Below are positions 8,966 to 18,763 of a DNA stretch of 64,000 bases, piece by piece. Positions within the stretch are counted from its first letter, which is position 1. The number at the start of each line of letters is the position of its first letter. The DNA is from Candidatus Aenigmatarchaeota archaeon. GTDB taxonomy: Archaea > Aenigmatarchaeota > Aenigmatarchaeia > QMZP01. The stretch covers positions 32,001-96,000 of the forward strand of contig JBDRSV010000005.1 in NCBI GenBank assembly GCA_043824495.1, in the 5' to 3' direction. The notes under the pieces are model-generated. The model had not been told where the DNA came from. It worked only from the letters and a program-made list of their open reading frames with translations, and did no database searches. The position numbers and the translations under genes were made by a program.

Positions 8966-10395
8966 AGTTTCTTCTTAAGAGCACTAGCTATTTGATCGCC
9001 TGACGCTTTACCCTTAAACTTACCCATGAGTATACCCATGTAAGCACCAAATGATAAGCCTGGTTTTTCTTTCATGAGCTTATCAATTTCTGTATCTAGA
9101 TCTATATCTCCACTCATCTGATATTTCCTGAAGTCTAGCTTCTTGCCATTAGCTACACCAGCTAGTATTTCCATCACAGCGTCCTTAGAAATCTTACCTG
9201 CGTCTAGCTCTTTGAACACAGATGTGAGGTGTTCACCTGAGATTTTATCAACATTAGCGCTTTTGTTCTTTTTGTGTATTTCAGATTTGTATGAAACAAT
9301 TGTTTCAGCAATGAAAGCAGGCTTTATTTTTTTGAAATTAGAAAGATCTGAGAATACTTCATAATACTCTTTATTGTTTCCAATTTTAGTTGCAAGATCA
9401 TGTCCTAATCCAGCAGCTTCTAATTTTTCAATCTTATCTTCTATTAGTTCAGTCTTAATCTTCTTCAAATCATCAAGTAAATACTTTGTAATTCTTATTG
9501 GGGGTATATCGGTTTCAGGATACAACCTAGCAGCTCCTGGAAGTGGTCTCATGAATTGTGTAGTTCCGTTAGCCATTGGTTTTCTTACATCACCTGAAAC
9601 TTTCTGTTTCTTCTTGATTAACTCCTGTTGTCTTAGAATTTCATTTTCAACATATTTCGGAATCATATTCAATTCCTGAACACCTTTGATTTCAACTCTG
9701 TGTCCACCAGCAATTGAAACATTTACATCCTGTCTAATTGTTCCTAAACCAGATTTTACTTTACCAGTTGATTTTAGAATCATTCCCAGTTTCTGAGAAA
9801 CTTCTTTGGCTTGTTCTGGTGTGTGTATATCAGGATCTGTTCCTATTTCAACCAAAGGGATACCCAATCTATCTAAACCGTATCTAGACTCTTTATCATC
9901 CTTACCTAGTATCTGGCAAGATTCTTCCTCAACAGCTACACTTGTTATTCCGACCTTACCAAAGCTGGTTTCAATCCAACCATCCATCCCAACTATAGCT
10001 GTCCTCTGGAATCCAGATGTGTTAGAGCCGTCTATCACAGTCTTTCTCATCACATGTATCTCGTCTGGTATGTCACAATTAAGCATCAAAGCTATTCTTA
10101 AGCTAAGTTCTAAAGCTTCTTTATTCAGTTCGTGTGGAGGTTCATCATCGGCTTCAACCAAACAGCTTTCAGCAGGATAAACACTGTAAACAAAGTCCTT
10201 GTTCTTGAAGAACTCGTGTAAAGCAGCTGTGTCTAGCTCTCCTAATTCCCCTGATACAGCTCTAAGCTTCCTTTTGAAAGTCATGTAAGCTTTGTCAGCT
10301 AATCTAGAATCACAACTACAGAAAAGTTTGTGCTGCATATCTAATTGTCTATGAATCTCAATTCCACTTTTCAAGCCGATTTTTTTGTAGTCCAT
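8962..10395 (-). CDS. gatE: Glu-tRNA(Gln) amidotransferase subunit E (short form)
   Basis: GLKSGIEIHRQL, MRKTVIDGSNTSGFQRT, LDRLGIPLVEIGT, GLGTIRQDVNVSI, MRPLPGAARLYPETDIPP. Confidence 0.95.
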   Translation of the reverse strand: MDYKKIGLKSGIEIHRQLDMQHKLFCSCDSRLADKAYMTFKRKLRAVSGELGELDTAALHEFFKNKDFVYSVYPAESCLVEADDEPPHELNKEALELSLRIALMLNCDIPDEIHVMRKTVIDGSNTSGFQRTAIVGMDGWIETSFGKVGITSVAVEEESCQILGKDDKESRYGLDRLGIPLVEIGTDPDIHTPEQAKEVSQKLGMILKSTGKVKSGLGTIRQDVNVSIAGGHRVEIKGVQELNMIPKYVENEILRQQELIKKKQKVSGDVRKPMANGTTQFMRPLPGAARLYPETDIPPIRITKYLLDDLKKIKTELIEDKIEKLEAAGLGHDLATKIGNNKEYYEVFSDLSNFKKIKPAFIAETIVSYKSEIHKKNKSANVDKISGEHLTSVFKELDAGKISKDAVMEILAGVANGKKLDFRKYQMSGDIDLDTEIDKLMKEKPGLSFGAYMGILMGKFKGKASGDQIASALKKKL

Positions 10396-10403
10396 TATTT
10401 CAC

Positions 10404-11765
10404 CTAATATAAGAATGTTTCAGGTAAGCTTCTTTTAGTTATCTCGCCTGCATAATTTGTTAGCATCATTTCTCTTACTTTTCCAGGAACTTTTGTGTGA
10501 CCTAGAACCCAACCCAACTTTACATAAGCAGTCTCAGTGAGCATATCATCTGCTGGTATTGCTCCAGTTTCGTGGAATAAAATTCTCAAGTTCGTATAAA
10601 CATTTGCATTTACACGACCGTAGATGGATTGAGATGTGACAACTACAGCAATTCCTTTTTTAGTCAGTTTCTTGACTGTTTCAATCCAAGGCTTTCTTGC
10701 AAATGTTGGAACATGACCAAAAGCAGTTCCTTCGATTACTATTCCTTTGTAACCTTTGTCTGCATAGAAATCTAATACTTTGGGATCAGCGCCTGGATAA
10801 GCTTTGACTATCGCGACTTTAGGCTCAAACTTGGAATCAACTTCAACTTTCCCTTTTCTTCTAGGAATACTGTCACCAATCTTTAGAATCTTTCCATCTG
10901 ACCAAACCTTTGCAATGGGTAAATCATTGATTGGTCTAAAGGCATCTCTTCTAGATGTGTGCATTTTCTTGACCTTAGTTCCTCTCATAAACATACAATA
11001 ATCATCTGACATGTGTCCATGCATGCAAATTCCCACACCAGATAATTCACTCTTAGCTATATGAGCAGAGCATATCAAGTTCATTCCAGCATCTGAACTG
11101 CCACGATCACTTGATCTCTGTGAACCCATCAAAACAACTGGTTTAGTCAAGCCTCGTAAGAAGAATGAAAGAGCAGCTGAAGTATATTGTAAAGTATCAG
11201 TTCCATGTATGACAATCACACCTTCTGCACTAGAATTAAGTTCTTTTGCAACAACTGTAGCTATTTCTTGCCAATCTAGATAGTCCATGTCCTCACTCAT
11301 TTTTGTAAAAGGACAAACAACTCTCTTCAGATTGGCTATTTTAGATAATTCAGGAACATTATGTAAGAACTCCTTGGGATCCATCATTCCTGTAACTCCA
11401 CCAGTTTTATAATCCACTCTAGAAGCTACAGTTCCTCCTGTAGCAATCAAAGAAACAGCTGGTTTACTAGCATCATACTTAATCCTTACTAAATCCTTAT
11501 TGATCTTGCCTAGCTCGAAAGCTCTCTCTTCTTTGATGTTTTTAGGAGTCTTATGTTTACTATGAGAAATATCAAAATTACCTTTACATTCTATACCAAA
11601 ATTATAACCTGTATTTAGCTTCAGAACAACGCATGTAGGATCTCCAACTTCTGTCTTAGGCATAAGAAGTCCTTCATATTCTTTGCCACCAGTTTTAACA
11701 AGAATTCTATCACTTGGTTTGATTCTCTTTTTCTTAAGAAGCAGTTCAATCTTCTTCGAATACAT
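10404..11765 (-). CDS. gatD: Glu-tRNA(Gln) amidotransferase subunit D
   Basis: TGGTVASRVDYKTG, HGTDTLQYT, GSQRSSDRGSSD, KKMHTSRRDAF, DMLTETAYVKL; adjacent to gatE. Confidence 0.97.
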   Translation of the reverse strand: MYSKKIELLLKKKRIKPSDRILVKTGGKEYEGLLMPKTEVGDPTCVVLKLNTGYNFGIECKGNFDISHSKHKTPKNIKEERAFELGKINKDLVRIKYDASKPAVSLIATGGTVASRVDYKTGGVTGMMDPKEFLHNVPELSKIANLKRVVCPFTKMSEDMDYLDWQEIATVVAKELNSSAEGVIVIHGTDTLQYTSAALSFFLRGLTKPVVLMGSQRSSDRGSSDAGMNLICSAHIAKSELSGVGICMHGHMSDDYCMFMRGTKVKKMHTSRRDAFRPINDLPIAKVWSDGKILKIGDSIPRRKGKVEVDSKFEPKVAIVKAYPGADPKVLDFYADKGYKGIVIEGTAFGHVPTFARKPWIETVKKLTKKGIAVVVTSQSIYGRVNANVYTNLRILFHETGAIPADDMLTETAYVKLGWVLGHTKVPGKVREMMLTNYAGEITKRSLPETFLY

Positions 11766-11790
11766 GAATATAATTTATTTTAGAGTCTTA

Positions 11791-12492
11791 TTAATCTGTA
11801 AACTCTTTTTTAGCTAAATGCCAGTATAACCCAGCTACATGTACCATATAATCAACCATCTCATCTATTCCTAGTTTACTATCCCCTTCTGCTCTATCCT
11901 TGAAAACATAGGAGATTTCTTTAGCTTTCTCATATTTCCCTTTAACTAGAATTTCTAAACCAATTTTATATCCTCTAGGATTAAGTTTGACACCTTTAAT
12001 TACACTCTTCCTCAGAAAGAAAAACCCAGACATTGGATCCTTTATGTTTGTTACAGGAGCTGCAAGTAAAGTAGCGCCCTTAGAGACTATTTTCCTTTTC
12101 AGAGGCCAGTTCTTGATTCCACCACCAGGAACATATCTACTCCCTATAACAATATCATTTGTCTTTAATGCTTTGATCATATAAGGTATCTTGTTTACAG
12201 GATGAGAGAAATCAGCATCCATTACACCTAAAATATCACCCTTAGCTTCTTTGAATCCTCTCAAAACAGCAGAACTTAATCCTAGTTTACCTCTCCTCTT
12301 TACAACATGAACCTGAAATCTCTTTTCCATTTTCTTAACAACTTCAGCTGTTCCATCAGGTGAATTATCATCAACTATTATCACTTCGCCTCGAATATTA
12401 TTTTTAGAGAAAGTACTGAATATTTCAGGGAGTAGCCTTTTCACATTATCCTTTTCATTGTATGTGGGTATAATCACAGATACTTCGATCAT
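11791..12492 (-). CDS. GT2 polyprenol/dolichol-phosphate mannosyltransferase-like protein
   Basis: IIPTYNEKDN, IIVDDNSPDGT, VMDADFSHP, GSRYVPGGG, DPMSGFF. Confidence 0.9.
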   Translation of the reverse strand: MIEVSVIIPTYNEKDNVKRLLPEIFSTFSKNNIRGEVIIVDDNSPDGTAEVVKKMEKRFQVHVVKRRGKLGLSSAVLRGFKEAKGDILGVMDADFSHPVNKIPYMIKALKTNDIVIGSRYVPGGGIKNWPLKRKIVSKGATLLAAPVTNIKDPMSGFFFLRKSVIKGVKLNPRGYKIGLEILVKGKYEKAKEISYVFKDRAEGDSKLGIDEMVDYMVHVAGLYWHLAKKEFTD

Positions 12493-12528
12493 ATATAAAA
12501 TTTAGAAATAATCTATATATAGAGAGTT

Positions 12529-14646
12529 ATGGACGAAGAGAAACCAGTGGAAAAAGAGCAAGAAAAGGAACAAGAAAAGGAAGAGAGAACAAAAAATGAG
12601 ATTACTTCTCTAGATCTCAGATTCATAATGAAAGAGCTAAAAGAATTACTCGTCGGTGGGCTCTTCAGGAAAATATACCAATACGGAGATGCCAAATCAA
12701 AAAGACTCTTCTTTGAAGTCTACATGCCAGAAAAAGGAAATAAATGGCTATTCATAGATTCTAACAAACTATTCATAACAGATACAAGAAAACCATCTCC
12801 ACAAGAACCTCCTAGTTTTTGTATGTTTTTGAGAAAACATTTGATGAACAAGAAAATAATAGATGTCAAGCAACACGATTTTGATAGAATAATAGAAATA
12901 TACACAGAAGATAATATCTTAATATTAGAGTTATTCTCAAAGGGAAATGTAATTCTAACAGATACAAAAAAGAAAATAATAATGCCATTGGAGATGCAGA
13001 AATGGAAGGACAGAGAAATAAGACCCAAAGTTCCTTATGAATACCCACCAAGAAAAATAAATCCATTTGGTATAAGCTTTGATGTAATAATGACCCTCCT
13101 AAAGAAAGGAGAGAAAAAGCTTATTTCCATGCTTGCATCTGATCTCGGTTTCGGAGCTATCTATGCATCTGAAATATGCATAAGAGCTGAACTAAATGAA
13201 GATACACCAACAGGGGAAATCTCCATACACAAAGTGGTCAACCTGCATAGAGTGATAGAAGATCTGGATAAAATAGAAATAGAACCTTGTATATACAAAA
13301 ACACAGTATCACCATTTCCCTTAAGAACATATAATTTTGAATTACCTGAGAAAACTGATACATTCTCAGAAGCTTTAGATCGCTTTTTCACATCTCAAAT
13401 GACTGAAGAAGAAAGGAAAGAAGAACAAGCAATTACAAATGAAGTGAAAGATGAACAAGAAAGAATATTAGAACAACAACAAGATGCTAAAGATAAGTGG
13501 AGTGAAACAGACAAGGAATCAAAAGAGATTGCAAATGCTATTTACAACAATTACAGTACAGTAGAATCTATTCTAACAGGACTGAAAAAAGCAAGAGATT
13601 CTGGGATAGATTGGAAAGATCTAAAAGAAAAAATAAAATCAGAACAAACACCAGAAGCAGAAGCCATAAAAGAGATTAGAGAAGGTGATGCAGCTGTAGT
13701 AGTAAGCTTAGATGGGAAGGATATAGAGCTAGATATAAGAAAAACAGTTGAAGAGAACGCTGCTAGTTATTATGAAGAGTCTAAACATGCAAGAGGAAAA
13801 GCAACTAGAACAGAAAGTGCTATAGGTAAAACAGAATCGGCCATAGAACAACTAGAAAGAGAAGACAAGGAAAGAGCAGAGCAACTAGCAAGACAAGCAG
13901 AACATCCAACTAGTCCAGCGGTTCAACAAGAACAAGAAGCACAAGACCAAGATCAAATAGATCAGACACAAGAAGATGAAGAACAATCACCAGAAAAGAA
14001 GACCAGAAAGAAATGGTATGAGAAGTTCAGATGGTTCTTCTCATCTGATGGATTCCTAGTAATAGCAGGAAGAAGTGCAGATCAAAATGAAATGATTCTT
14101 AAGAAACACACAGATTCAACAGATATAGTGTTCCATGCAGATATCCCAGGAGCAGCTTTCGTGGTAATTAAGGGTCAGGGTATGGAACCTCCTCATGAAA
14201 CAATTAAAGAAGCTGCAGAGTTCTCAGCAGCTAACTCAAAGGCATGGTCCAAGGGCCTAGGAACTGTTGACGTATTCTGCGTTCCAAGAGCGCAGGTAAG
14301 CAAGAGTCCACCTTCAGGTCAGCACCTTCCTAAGGGATCTTTCATGGTCACAGGAGAGAGAATATGGTTTAGAGACATGGAGCTCAAGGTCTCTGTGGGA
14401 GTAAAAATAGAAGATGGTGTTCCTAAAGCTATTGCAGGTCCTGTGATGGCCATGAGAAAGAATAGTAAATACTTTGTAACAATCAGACCAGGCTTCAAGA
14501 AGAGCTTAGATCTATCCAAAGCAATCAAAAACAAACTCCTCATAAAAGCAAATCCAGAGGACAAGAACATAATCAATCAAGTAAATCCAGATGAATTCCA
14601 AGTCCTAGTCCCATCAGGAACAGGTGAGATTGTAGAAGTTGTTTAA
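12529..14646 (+). CDS. rqcH: Ribosome quality-control factor Rqc2/NEMF (NFACT family)
   Basis: PPSFCMFLRKHL, QHDFDRII, ELFSKGNVILTD, WYEKFRWFFSSDGFLVIAGRSADQNE, FHADIPGA, GSFMVTGER. Confidence 0.92.
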   Translation: MDEEKPVEKEQEKEQEKEERTKNEITSLDLRFIMKELKELLVGGLFRKIYQYGDAKSKRLFFEVYMPEKGNKWLFIDSNKLFITDTRKPSPQEPPSFCMFLRKHLMNKKIIDVKQHDFDRIIEIYTEDNILILELFSKGNVILTDTKKKIIMPLEMQKWKDREIRPKVPYEYPPRKINPFGISFDVIMTLLKKGEKKLISMLASDLGFGAIYASEICIRAELNEDTPTGEISIHKVVNLHRVIEDLDKIEIEPCIYKNTVSPFPLRTYNFELPEKTDTFSEALDRFFTSQMTEEERKEEQAITNEVKDEQERILEQQQDAKDKWSETDKESKEIANAIYNNYSTVESILTGLKKARDSGIDWKDLKEKIKSEQTPEAEAIKEIREGDAAVVVSLDGKDIELDIRKTVEENAASYYEESKHARGKATRTESAIGKTESAIEQLEREDKERAEQLARQAEHPTSPAVQQEQEAQDQDQIDQTQEDEEQSPEKKTRKKWYEKFRWFFSSDGFLVIAGRSADQNEMILKKHTDSTDIVFHADIPGAAFVVIKGQGMEPPHETIKEAAEFSAANSKAWSKGLGTVDVFCVPRAQVSKSPPSGQHLPKGSFMVTGERIWFRDMELKVSVGVKIEDGVPKAIAGPVMAMRKNSKYFVTIRPGFKKSLDLSKAIKNKLLIKANPEDKNIINQVNPDEFQVLVPSGTGEIVEVV

Positions 14647-14850
14647 GCCTTATTATAAGAAATCTAAATCGCTACCAGGACTTTTGTATCTTTTCTGATA
14701 TCCCTGAATTTTTTGGTGATAGTCCCCAATATAAAAAACATCATATCCGCCTTTACCAAGAGGGTGACGGTCATCCAATCCTGTTTTATATCGCTTTAAA
14801 TCTCCCATAATAAGACTTTCCATTCAAGAGTTTAAATAAGAAAAATCAGG

Positions 14851-14946
14851 CTAATCAATGTCGATTATACAATCTAGGCATATAAAATAAGCTATCATAA
14901 GCTGGCCATCTTCATGTTGTTCATTACACTCTGTACAGATCTTCAT
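14851..14946 (-). CDS. 31-aa CxxC...CxxC micro-protein
   Basis: Manual translation MKICTECNEQHEDGQLMIAYFICLDCIIDID; below the ORF-track cutoff. Confidence 0.4.
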   Translation of the reverse strand: MKICTECNEQHEDGQLMIAYFICLDCIIDID

Positions 14947-15038
14947 GTTATTCACTTAACAAAACCTATGATACTCATGTTTTTAAGTGTTTCCCTCTAT
15001 TAGAGTCTATTTAAATTAAAATCATCTTATTATATTAC

Positions 15039-15203
15039 ATGGAACAATCAACAGTATGCAGTCAGTGTGGAGAGCTCGCAAGACCTCCAAAGAGCTGCAA
15101 TATGTGTGGTGCCATTGTGTGTGGCAAGTGTATAGATCATAATATCGGCCTTTGTAAATTTTGTAGAGCAAAGGCAAAACACCCAAGACCACCTAAGTTT
15201 TAG
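15039..15203 (+). CDS. 54-aa eight-Cys zinc-finger micro-protein
   Basis: Manual translation MEQSTVCSQCGELARPPKSCNMCGAIVCGKCIDHNIGLCKFCRAKAKHPRPPKF; four CxxC pairs. Confidence 0.7.
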   Translation: MEQSTVCSQCGELARPPKSCNMCGAIVCGKCIDHNIGLCKFCRAKAKHPRPPKF

Positions 15204-15441
15204 TAAATTCTACAAACATAGTGCATGACTACGAAAACCTAGATTGAAATGCCTATTTAAATTTTACCTTTAAGTTCTATTCATCATGCTCCACAATTCA
15301 CGCCATTTAAGTCTTTTGACTGATTATTACCAAAATATCTGGTAATAGTTTGGCTTTTGTATTTTAGGTAAAACAACGGAAGACTACTAAAGTCTTCACA
15401 TCATAGAGAAACGCTTAGTTTTGAGAATATGGGGGTGTGAA

Positions 15442-15786
15442 ATGCGTACAGAAACATTATGGACAGGCATGATCTCCGAAGAATATGGTTTCAGATGTGG
15501 TCCAGTTCCAGAGATCTATGAATTCAAAGTGACAAGAGAAGGAGGAATCTGCTTCGTCCAACAGAACAAGGGACCAACTGGACTCGTGACACTAAACGTA
15601 GAACCTATTACAGGGAAAGTCAAACTCAAGACAGGGGATGTTATTGAGACTCCGGACAAATGGGTAAGGTACGTCTTACAGGAACATCAATCGGCAGTGG
15701 GAATCGAGATCCCTGTCCGTCAGGACCTCGAAGAAATAGACCCTGAAGACGATCTTCGTACCTTACCAACACCAGGCTGGTTCTGA
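15442..15786 (+). CDS. Hypothetical protein (start of a GC-richer segment)
   Basis: GGGGTG SD before the ATG at 15442; ORF track 15421..15786. Confidence 0.55.
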   Translation: MRTETLWTGMISEEYGFRCGPVPEIYEFKVTREGGICFVQQNKGPTGLVTLNVEPITGKVKLKTGDVIETPDKWVRYVLQEHQSAVGIEIPVRQDLEEIDPEDDLRTLPTPGWF

Positions 15787-15858
15787 GTTTGGTGTAAACT
15801 GGGAGAGCAGAGGGAAAGCAAATTATAGATGAATTTGAACCAGTAAAGGAGTACAACC

Positions 15859-16443
15859 ATGCCGTTCAAGATTATCCTAGTTGATGGAGACGGTGCCGGA
15901 GTGAGCGGTGTCGATATCCAACTCAATTTCCATGGTGTAAAGCCGGATGAAAGATTCACAGTAGGCACAACTGACGCAAACGGTGAGTTGGAACTGGCAG
16001 TCACCACCGTTGACGATGTAGAACTGAAGAGCGCAATCTTTGATATCTCGTTGGACGGTGAGAATTTCATGGAATGCGCGACCTTCACCTACGTTCCTGG
16101 TGAATCTCTGAAACTGAGTAAAATTCCAGTTTCAATGGCCACTTCGCCAGACAGTTTCCAAGTTCTGATCTTACAGGAAAACGACAATACACCAGTAGAA
16201 GGTGCAAGTGTCGCGATGCTCAAGGGAGGCAAGGTCGTTTGGAGCACACTGACAAGTGAGCATGGCCTCGCAACCATAGACAACGCGCAAACCGAAAAAT
16301 GTGAGTTGTGGGTCCAAGGTTCTCTCGTTAAGATCCGTGATGAACTCCATGATGACAGAGGAACCATTCGCATTGTTCATGTGGGCGAGCCCGATGGAAC
16401 TACATGGGCACTTGTCACAGGGATCGATGCCGACGAAGAATAA
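15859..16443 (+). CDS. Beta-rich protein with carboxypeptidase-regulatory/prealbumin-like repeats, paralog A
   Basis: AAGGAG SD; GTTDANGE and PVEGASV-type strands; similar to 16518..17150. Confidence 0.6.
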   Translation: MPFKIILVDGDGAGVSGVDIQLNFHGVKPDERFTVGTTDANGELELAVTTVDDVELKSAIFDISLDGENFMECATFTYVPGESLKLSKIPVSMATSPDSFQVLILQENDNTPVEGASVAMLKGGKVVWSTLTSEHGLATIDNAQTEKCELWVQGSLVKIRDELHDDRGTIRIVHVGEPDGTTWALVTGIDADEE

Positions 16444-16517
16444 TCATATGTCCTACGACAAAGAATTCATTGAATGGGAGTTATAATCACACCCCACTAA
16501 CCAGAAGGAGTACACCC

Positions 16518-17150
16518 ATGTACAGAGTTTCGTTAGGGAGGGATGGAGTTAAAGTTGAGCTCGATTGCTCCAAAACAACACCGGACACCGGAACCGCTGA
16601 AGCCGTCACGACTGCGAATGGCGGCGTCGCCGAGTTTCAGGTCACCGTGAATGGAACCGAAATTGACGGCGAATTAATCACATTGAAGCTGAACGGCGCC
16701 GAATTTGCGGACGGAGCGCAGTTCACTTACACACCCGGTGAAATCCTGGAACTTCATGAGGTTCCTGCTGTCACAGTGACATCACCCGCAGAATTCCGTG
16801 TCCGGGTTCTGAGGGTAGCGACAGATGCCGAAACGGTTCCAGTACCTGTGCAGGACGTATCTGTTCTGATCACCGAGTCAGATAGCAGCAAAATTCTCCT
16901 GAACACACGGACGGACGCCAGGGGATTTGCTATTATGGTAGAACCAACCGGTGAAGAGATCAGGATCTTTGTCGACGGTGTGGATCTTGATATCGATCCT
17001 CCCTACGGTGACGCAGGAACCGTTCACGTCGTGTTCGTGGACGATGTCGACGAGGGGACCAACTGGGTTCTCACAACCCCGCTTGGTGTCAAGGTCGAGG
17101 ATGCCGGCGACTTAGCCGACAAAACCAAAGAAGTGTCGCAGCAGTCGTAA
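16518..17150 (+). CDS. Beta-rich protein, paralog B of 15859..16443
   Basis: AAGGAG SD before the ATG at 16518; shares FTYxPGE, TSP, GTxWxL and TxxxG motifs with paralog A. Confidence 0.6.
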   Translation: MYRVSLGRDGVKVELDCSKTTPDTGTAEAVTTANGGVAEFQVTVNGTEIDGELITLKLNGAEFADGAQFTYTPGEILELHEVPAVTVTSPAEFRVRVLRVATDAETVPVPVQDVSVLITESDSSKILLNTRTDARGFAIMVEPTGEEIRIFVDGVDLDIDPPYGDAGTVHVVFVDDVDEGTNWVLTTPLGVKVEDAGDLADKTKEVSQQS

Positions 17151-17176
17151 TTCACGGCGACACCACACAAACTCGT

Positions 17177-17206
17177 GCCGGGGATGGGTTCATGCCTGTC
17201 CTCGGC
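17177..17206 (+). terminator. GC-rich stem-loop downstream of paralog B
   Basis: GCCGGGGATGGG-TTCATG-CCTGTCCTCGGC forms a 12-bp stem with G:U pairs; no U-tract follows, so function is uncertain. Confidence 0.45.
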
Positions 17207-17223
17207 TCCTGAAGGAGATGAAC

Positions 17224-17388
17224 ATGGGATTCTGGTTAAGATCTGCTGATGATGGTTCAGAAGGTCTTTCGGTTCTCGAGATAGTGGGAGTTGCTATCAT
17301 CGCTGGAATCGTGTTGGTGGCAGCTATTAGTGTGCCTATTATCATTTTTTCCCCTAAGATCAATAATCAGAGAAACAAAACCATATGA
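17224..17388 (+). CDS. 54-aa membrane peptide with a class III (prepilin-like) signal pattern
   Basis: AAGGAG SD; MGFWLRSADDGSEG|LSVLEIVGVAIIAGIVLVAAISVPIII has Gly at -1, Glu at +5 and a hydrophobic helix. Confidence 0.5.
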   Translation: MGFWLRSADDGSEGLSVLEIVGVAIIAGIVLVAAISVPIIIFSPKINNQRNKTI

Positions 17389-17489
17389 GAAGATGTGAAT
17401 TTTGCTCTGATTGTTTTATATTGTCTACTTAAAGGGATAAAATAGAATGAAAAATAACTTAAATACGGCAGTGTATATTCTTCTTATAT

Positions 17490-17571
17490 GCCGGGATGGC
17501 AGAATGGTTAATGCGCACGACTGGAAATCGTGTGCCCTTTGGGCTTGGGGGTTCGAATCCCTCTCCCGGCG
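17490..17571 (+). tRNA. tRNA-Ser (anticodon GGA), long variable arm, no encoded CCA
   Basis: Acceptor GCCGGGA/TCCCGGC; anticodon arm CACGA-CTGGAAA-TCGTG; variable arm GCCC-TTT-GGGC; T loop TTCGAAT; discriminator G. Confidence 0.95.
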
Positions 17572-17713
17572 TTTCTTTATTTAATAAGGTCACAGAAATA
17601 AACAAAAGATCTAAATAATGTATTTTAATGTGCCCTTACAGAAAATGTATGCATGGGCACCAAATTAAACAAAAATAGATAATTTTATATATTATTGTGC
17701 CCATATATAAAAT

Positions 17714-18652
17714 ATGGTTTATTTAGAGAAGATTCAGAGAAGAGACAAAACTTATTACTACGTCACAAAAAACTTTAGGATCAACGATAAGAAATGGAAA
17801 AAAATAAGAAAATATGTAGGTAACACTCCTCCTTCAAAAGAAGACACAAAAAAAGCAATAAAGGAGATTGAGAGAGAAGCAATAGAAAGAAACCTGAAGA
17901 AGTCCTCTTCTAAGTATAATTACCTGAGCAATGAAGAAGCGGAAAAGTTGCAGGACTTGAAAGAGATTTTTAACAAATGGTACGGAAAGCTGACTGGTAT
18001 TGCGAAAAAAAAATATGAAGAGGATTTTGTTGTAAGATTCACATATAATTCGAATGCTATTGAAGGCAATCGTTTAAGTCTTCGTGAAACAAGTATGATT
18101 TTAACAGAAAATATAATACCTTCGGGTGCTATACCTAATGATTACAATGAAACTATCAACTCAAAAGACTGCTATGAATTCATGAAAGAGTATAAAGGAG
18201 AATTCAATCAGAAATTTCTACTCAAGATCCAGGAGCTTCTCACAAAGAATACTAATTGTAGGATTACAGGAAGATACAGGGATCATGAAGTTAGGATTTC
18301 TGGTTCTGAATGGATTCCTCCTCCACATAAAAAAGTCAAAGAGGAAATGAGAAAGGTTTTTCAATGGTACTATTCTGCTAGTAAGAAGTTACATCCTGTG
18401 GAGCTCGGAGCAATTCTGCATAATAAATTAATAAGAATTCATCCATTCTCTGACGGAAACGGGAGAACATCAAGGGTTGTAATGAATTGGATATTAATGA
18501 GGAGTGATTTCCCTATGGTTTACATAGAATTAAAAGATAAGGCGGCGTATTATGATGCTATTGAACAGGGAGACAAAGGAAAAGATGATGCAATAGTACA
18601 TTACATTACCTCTACTCTTATGAAACAGCACACGTTTAAACCGGAAAATTAG
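17714..18652 (+). CDS. Fic family protein (AMPylase)
   Basis: Canonical IHPFSDGNGRTSR motif; YNSNAIEGN; GRYRDHEVRISG. Confidence 0.92.
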   Translation: MVYLEKIQRRDKTYYYVTKNFRINDKKWKKIRKYVGNTPPSKEDTKKAIKEIEREAIERNLKKSSSKYNYLSNEEAEKLQDLKEIFNKWYGKLTGIAKKKYEEDFVVRFTYNSNAIEGNRLSLRETSMILTENIIPSGAIPNDYNETINSKDCYEFMKEYKGEFNQKFLLKIQELLTKNTNCRITGRYRDHEVRISGSEWIPPPHKKVKEEMRKVFQWYYSASKKLHPVELGAILHNKLIRIHPFSDGNGRTSRVVMNWILMRSDFPMVYIELKDKAAYYDAIEQGDKGKDDAIVHYITSTLMKQHTFKPEN

Positions 18653-18763
18653 TCATTAAATTTCAAGAATCCCAGTCCCGGTGTCTTAAAAAGCAATCCT
18701 AGTTTAATAATAATGGAACTTGTATAAGGGTTTCATGACTAAGGAAGACATAAAAACAAAAAT

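Noticed and set aside
555-14576. Many 60-125 aa ORFs antisense to thrS, the DsbA gene, gatE, gatD, the GT2 gene and rqcH
   Set aside because: They overlap well-supported genes on the opposite strand and have no motifs or SD.
15859-17150. Cohesin/scaffoldin partner for the dockerin-like modules
   Set aside because: These are beta-rich but have no signal peptide and no cohesin pattern I can recognise; I cannot support the call.
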